From a virus: a stretch of DNA of 64,000 nucleotides. The notes under the pieces are model-generated. The model had not been told where the DNA came from. It worked only from the letters and a program-made list of their open reading frames with translations, and ran no database searches. Every line of letters starts with the position of its first letter. The stretch's first letter is position 1. Of the stretch, positions 59,976-64,000 are shown one piece after another. Where the stretch lies: positions 1-64,000 of IMG/VR virus record IMGVR_UViG_3300048580_000526. The stretch is one strand, 5' to 3'. The translations under genes and the position numbers were made by a program.

Positions 59976-60233
59976 TCAAATAGATGAAAAAATCGACTTT
60001 TTTAATCTATATTTTTCCTTATTTTTCTTACTGATTTCTTCTTTATGGGACTCATAATATTTTTTATCATATCCAACCCTTTCATATTCATGTTTTTGGC
60101 TGGTAATCTTACAACATTCGACACAGGTACCATTTAAAGTATATCTATCTGATAAATGCCCATTTCGACAAGGCTTGCCTGTATTATACTTGTCCAGTCC
60201 CTGTGCTTTCGCTTCTTTTCTTTTCATCTTCAT
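59976..60233 (-). CDS. Zinc-binding N-terminal module of an HNH endonuclease with no nuclease domain (possible remnant)
   Basis: YNTGKPCRNGH..RY..GTCVEC. Confidence 0.55.
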   Translation of the reverse strand: MKMKRKEAKAQGLDKYNTGKPCRNGHLSDRYTLNGTCVECCKITSQKHEYERVGYDKKYYESHKEEISKKNKEKYRLKKSIFSSI

Positions 60234-60390
60234 CCTTTTTCTTTTGGGCAATATCAGCCAATTTCTTTTCTTTAGATATTTCTGCTTTGCGGTCTTTATC
60301 CAATTTTTCTTGCCTGTCTTTAACCAATTGTTTTTTGGCTAATTTTATATGCTGTTCTGTGTCTTCATTAACTATTTCATGCCATCTCAT
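60184..60390 (-). CDS. Small charged late protein
   Basis: MRWHEIVNE start; GATAAATA(-) at 60419-60426. Confidence 0.65.
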   Translation of the reverse strand: MRWHEIVNEDTEQHIKLAKKQLVKDRQEKLDKDRKAEISKEKKLADIAQKKKDEDEKKRSESTGTGQV

Positions 60391-60487
60391 AATAAAATAC
60401 CTTCTTTTAATGTAAAAGTATTTATCAATACTGGGTCTAAAATGATAAATACTTTTATAAATAATATTTAATTGAAGGAAACATAAC

Positions 60488-62179
60488 ATGCCATACACAA
60501 TCAATAAGTATAACGGTGAATTATTAACCAGTATAAATGATGGTCAGATTGACACATCATCTACATCTTTACGACTTTTGGGTAAAGGTTCAACCAATTA
60601 TGGGGAATTGACTGCTGAAAATTTCATATTCTTGTTGGAAAATTTCGCAAGAACTAATTCACCATCAAATCCATTAGTTGGACAATTGTGGTACCATTTA
60701 AATGCCAATGGCACAGGTAATCATATTCTGAAAATCTGTACAGCGATAACACCTGCGATAGTTTGGGAAGGTATAAATGAAATCAACAAAGACGCAATTG
60801 GTTCTGCTGTAGGTTCTGGTCGTCCACCATTGCCATCAAGTGGTACCACTTATTGGAATGGTAGTCAGTTGGAAGCATATTGCCCAACATACCCCTTTAA
60901 TGGTGGTTGGAGAATAATTGGTCCGATTGCCCCAGCTGCAAATAATACCCTTACCAACAATCTTCAAAGTGATGTTTATTATGATGTTATTACCGATAGT
61001 GCAAATGTCACCCATGGCGTTGTTGTAATTGCGACTAATGGCGTACCTGTTGTGATTTTTTCTGAAACTGCTGCATCTTTTACCCCAAAAGCCAATACTT
61101 CAACAGCAAAAAACACACCATTAACAAAATTTACAAATATTTCTGGTGGAATGAACATCAATTCAGATTTCACCACCGGTTCTGTGTTTAACCCTGTTAG
61201 TATATCCACCAATCTTTTACCAAATGGTGATGCCAATTTGACTATTGGTAGTGTATCCAAACGTTGGGGAATCGTGTATTCTCGTGCTATTCAGTTTGAT
61301 TATATTAGAACTTCAGACGTTAATGGTAATTGGTCTGGTGAAACTGATGTTAGAACATTGATGAGAAACAACATTGACAATACCCCTGCATTGTCAAATA
61401 CCTATAATTTGGGTGGTAGTTCATCAAAATGGAAGAACGTTTATGGGCAAACAGTCAACGCAGATACTTTATCTGTTGGTGGCTCGACAATTGATTTCTC
61501 CAAATATATGAGATTGGACGCCAGTAATGAGCCAACAACATCTTCTACAAGTTTGGGTTCTCCTATTACTGCTTGGGGAAAAGTTTACGCAGGTGAACTT
61601 CATGTCAATAATATTTTCTTGGGATTGACTGGTGCTACTTCAACAACATCGGTCAGCATATTAAATTTCGCAAGAAAAGATGATGATATTATTCCATTGA
61701 TAGATTCTACTAATAATATTGGTAGTGCCACCAATCGCTACAATAACGTATACACCAATACTGCTACAGTTGCCACCTTGACCGTTAGTGGAACAATCAA
61801 CAATATCGCTCCAGCGAATTTGGTTAGGACAGACTTGGTTCAAGCATTTACCAAGCAACACAATTTCCCTGCTATTTTGTTAACAGGTATATCCATTGCT
61901 TGGAACCTTGATAATGCACAAACTGGGCAAGTGGTCCTCGATAGTGATAAATTGATAAATAATCCTGTAGGTATGGTGAACGGTGGAAGATACACTTTAA
62001 TCGTTCAGCAAGATGGTGTTGGGAATCATGTTTTAGCATTCCCATCTGTTGGTTCTGTTTATAAGTTTGATGCCAGTATGTCATCAAATGTTATGGCTGC
62101 AGCCGATTCCACCACTATCTATGAATTTATTAGCGACAGTGCATTTATGTACTGCGTGAATGTGAAGCAGTTTAGTTGA
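60488..62179 (+). CDS. Tail fibre protein
   Basis: MPYTINKYNG..YGE..AENF..LLENFA..P..GQLWY anchor; repeated P....LGS...W..VY units; late boxes at 60444-60463. Confidence 0.8.
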   Translation: MPYTINKYNGELLTSINDGQIDTSSTSLRLLGKGSTNYGELTAENFIFLLENFARTNSPSNPLVGQLWYHLNANGTGNHILKICTAITPAIVWEGINEINKDAIGSAVGSGRPPLPSSGTTYWNGSQLEAYCPTYPFNGGWRIIGPIAPAANNTLTNNLQSDVYYDVITDSANVTHGVVVIATNGVPVVIFSETAASFTPKANTSTAKNTPLTKFTNISGGMNINSDFTTGSVFNPVSISTNLLPNGDANLTIGSVSKRWGIVYSRAIQFDYIRTSDVNGNWSGETDVRTLMRNNIDNTPALSNTYNLGGSSSKWKNVYGQTVNADTLSVGGSTIDFSKYMRLDASNEPTTSSTSLGSPITAWGKVYAGELHVNNIFLGLTGATSTTSVSILNFARKDDDIIPLIDSTNNIGSATNRYNNVYTNTATVATLTVSGTINNIAPANLVRTDLVQAFTKQHNFPAILLTGISIAWNLDNAQTGQVVLDSDKLINNPVGMVNGGRYTLIVQQDGVGNHVLAFPSVGSVYKFDASMSSNVMAAADSTTIYEFISDSAFMYCVNVKQFS

Positions 62180-62189
62180 GAGATAGAAA

Positions 62190-64000
62190 ATGCCATATGA
62201 AATTATTAGATACAACGGTGCCCCATTAGTAGTAATCAATGATGGTACTATTAATACATCATCAACATCCTTACAATTAGTTGGTAAGGGAGTAGCGACA
62301 TATGGCGAGGCAATAGCAGAAGATTTGGTTCATTTGTTGGAACATTGCACAAGTCCAACAGAACCATTGAACCCAATTGTTGGGCAAGTATGGAATCATT
62401 TGGATGCTGGTGGCACTGGTGTTCATATTTTGAAAGTTTGTAAAGCAGAGTCCCCTGTTGTTTGGGATGCTATAATTCAATCATCTGGTGGAACAATGAC
62501 TGGTTCATTGATGTTAGCCCATGATCCTGTGCAACCATTAGAAGCTGCGACCAAAAGATATATTGATCAACGAAGTAATTTCACAGGATTGTTAGATGTT
62601 CCACATTCTTATACTGCTGGTGGTGCAGGACCGGGTTGGGTGCCTGTAATTAATTCTACCATGACAGGATTGGAATGGGGTTTGGCTGCTGGAACTGGTG
62701 GCGGAACTGTTGGTAATTTGGTTATTGACCATCATGGAGGTGGTCCTAATACAGCTGCTAATGAATTATTGATAACAGTTGAAAATTTCACAGGAACTGG
62801 TTCACAGACGGTTTTTACACTTGCAAGTACAATTGGCTCGCAAAACAGAATAAATGTTTTTATTGATGGTATATATCAAAATAAAAATACATTTACGTTG
62901 ACAGGTTCAACATTGACATTTACAGAAATTCCTTTAGTTGGTTCAATTATTGAAGTTGAAATTTTATCAATAGTCAACCAAGGAACCACTACATTAGCTA
63001 CCAATAGCACTTTGAATGTTAATATTGATAGATTTACTGGGAATGGTGTGTTGGTTAATTATACTTTGACACATTCTTCTCTTTTAAATTATACAAATGT
63101 TTTTATTGATGGTGTATATCAAAACAAAGATTCTTATACAGTTTCTGGGACAACACTAACATTTACAGAAGCACCGTTAAATACTTCCATTATTGAAATA
63201 GAAGGATTGTATATTACAGGTACAGCCAATGATACATTAACTATTAGTGTTGACAGATTTACTTCTTCTGGTACAACTTATACATTATATGGTTCTTCAA
63301 CATTGAATTATATAGATGTTTACATTTCTGGTGTATATCAAAACAAAAATACTTACACTGTTTCTGGGACAACATTAACTCTATCAACTGCACCAATAAA
63401 TGGAGAGACAGTAGAAATATTGCGACATTCATTTGTTGCAGGTTCTGGTGGTAGTGTGACAGCTGTTACTAATGAATTATTGATAACTGTTGAAAATTTC
63501 ACAGGCACAGGCACACAAACAATGTTTAATCTTGCGAGTACTATTGGTTCACAAAATAGAATAAATGTTTTCATAAGTGGGTTGTATCAAAACAAAGATA
63601 CTTATGTTATCTCGGGAAGCATTTTAACATTATCAGTCGCTCCACCAAGTGGTTCAATCATTGAAGTTGAGGTAGTATCAATAGTCAACCAAGGAACCAC
63701 GACATTAGCCACTAATAGCACTTTGAATGTTAATATTGATAGATTTACAGGAGATGGGTCTTTGGTTAATTATACTTTATCCCAAGCTTCTTCGTTGAAT
63801 TTTACTAATGTTTATGTTGATGGTTTATATCAAAATAAAGATACTTATGCAGTTTCAGGAACTACTTTAACATTTACACAGGCACCACCAAATGGTTCTA
63901 TTATTGAAATAGAAGGTTTGTCAGTTACAGGAACAGCTAACGATACATTAACTATTAGTGTTGACAGATTTACTTCTTCAGGTGTTACTTATACATTAGC
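62190..64000 (+). CDS. Second tail fibre protein, runs off the window end (not in the ORF track)
   Basis: MPYEIIRYNG.. N-terminus paralogous to the previous gene; repeated FTG.G....F.L..VFIDG.YQN..Y.VSGTTLTF modules. Confidence 0.8.
   Translation, partial: MPYEIIRYNGAPLVVINDGTINTSSTSLQLVGKGVATYGEAIAEDLVHLLEHCTSPTEPLNPIVGQVWNHLDAGGTGVHILKVCKAESPVVWDAIIQSSGGTMTGSLMLAHDPVQPLEAATKRYIDQRSNFTGLLDVPHSYTAGGAGPGWVPVINSTMTGLEWGLAAGTGGGTVGNLVIDHHGGGPNTAANELLITVENFTGTGSQTVFTLASTIGSQNRINVFIDGIYQNKNTFTLTGSTLTFTEIPLVGSIIEVEILSIVNQGTTTLATNSTLNVNIDRFTGNGVLVNYTLTHSSLLNYTNVFIDGVYQNKDSYTVSGTTLTFTEAPLNTSIIEIEGLYITGTANDTLTISVDRFTSSGTTYTLYGSSTLNYIDVYISGVYQNKNTYTVSGTTLTLSTAPINGETVEILRHSFVAGSGGSVTAVTNELLITVENFTGTGTQTMFNLASTIGSQNRINVFISGLYQNKDTYVISGSILTLSVAPPSGSIIEVEVVSIVNQGTTTLATNSTLNVNIDRFTGDGSLVNYTLSQASSLNFTNVYVDGLYQNKDTYAVSGTTLTFTQAPPNGSIIEIEGLSVTGTANDTLTISVDRFTSSGVTYTL
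62760..64000 (+). repeat. Internal duplication with a 711-bp (237-codon) period
   Basis: AATGAATTATTGATAAC at 62760 and 63471; TCAATAGTCAACCAAGGAACCAC at 62967 and 63678. Confidence 0.9.

Noticed and set aside
1-64000. Stop-codon reassignment, tRNA genes, diversity-generating retroelement
   Set aside because: Conserved genes are full length in code 11; no cloverleaf or reverse transcriptase was seen; the fibre repeat differences are not adenine-specific.

Overview
A 64-kb, AT-rich segment of a large T4-related (jumbo-type) myophage genome in the standard genetic code; no rRNA, tRNA or CRISPR array was seen. The host is probably an alphaproteobacterium (inferred from NadE, PncB and Nudix motif style). 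The left end carries an early, sigma70-driven NAD+ biosynthesis cluster (glutamine-dependent NadE, PncB, NadM-type adenylyltransferase, i.e. the deamidated Preiss-Handler route) with a small stand-alone RNA inside it. Next come a LysM/membrane protein, RNA ligase, Nudix hydrolase, portal, a tape-measure-like protein and a tail/baseplate chaperone pair joined by a probable -1 frameshift. RNase H is followed by a ~1.5-kb non-coding block holding direct repeats and a ~830-nt highly structured RNA candidate. Then an HNH endonuclease, Holliday-junction resolvase, an ADP-ribosyltransferase-like protein, gp46/gp47, a gp55-like late sigma factor, the baseplate cluster (gp48/54-like, gp53, hub, gp5, gp25, gp6, a 5022-aa wedge protein), an orphan TnpB cassette and two tail-fibre genes. 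Late genes use a (G/T)ATAAATA box, in three places coupled to an 18-bp palindrome at a fixed 6-bp spacing. Two ORFs labelled + in the supplied track (19434..20627 and 58390..59643) are actually on the - strand, and several start codons were corrected from RBS/promoter context. All assignments come from motif reading by eye; no searches were run.
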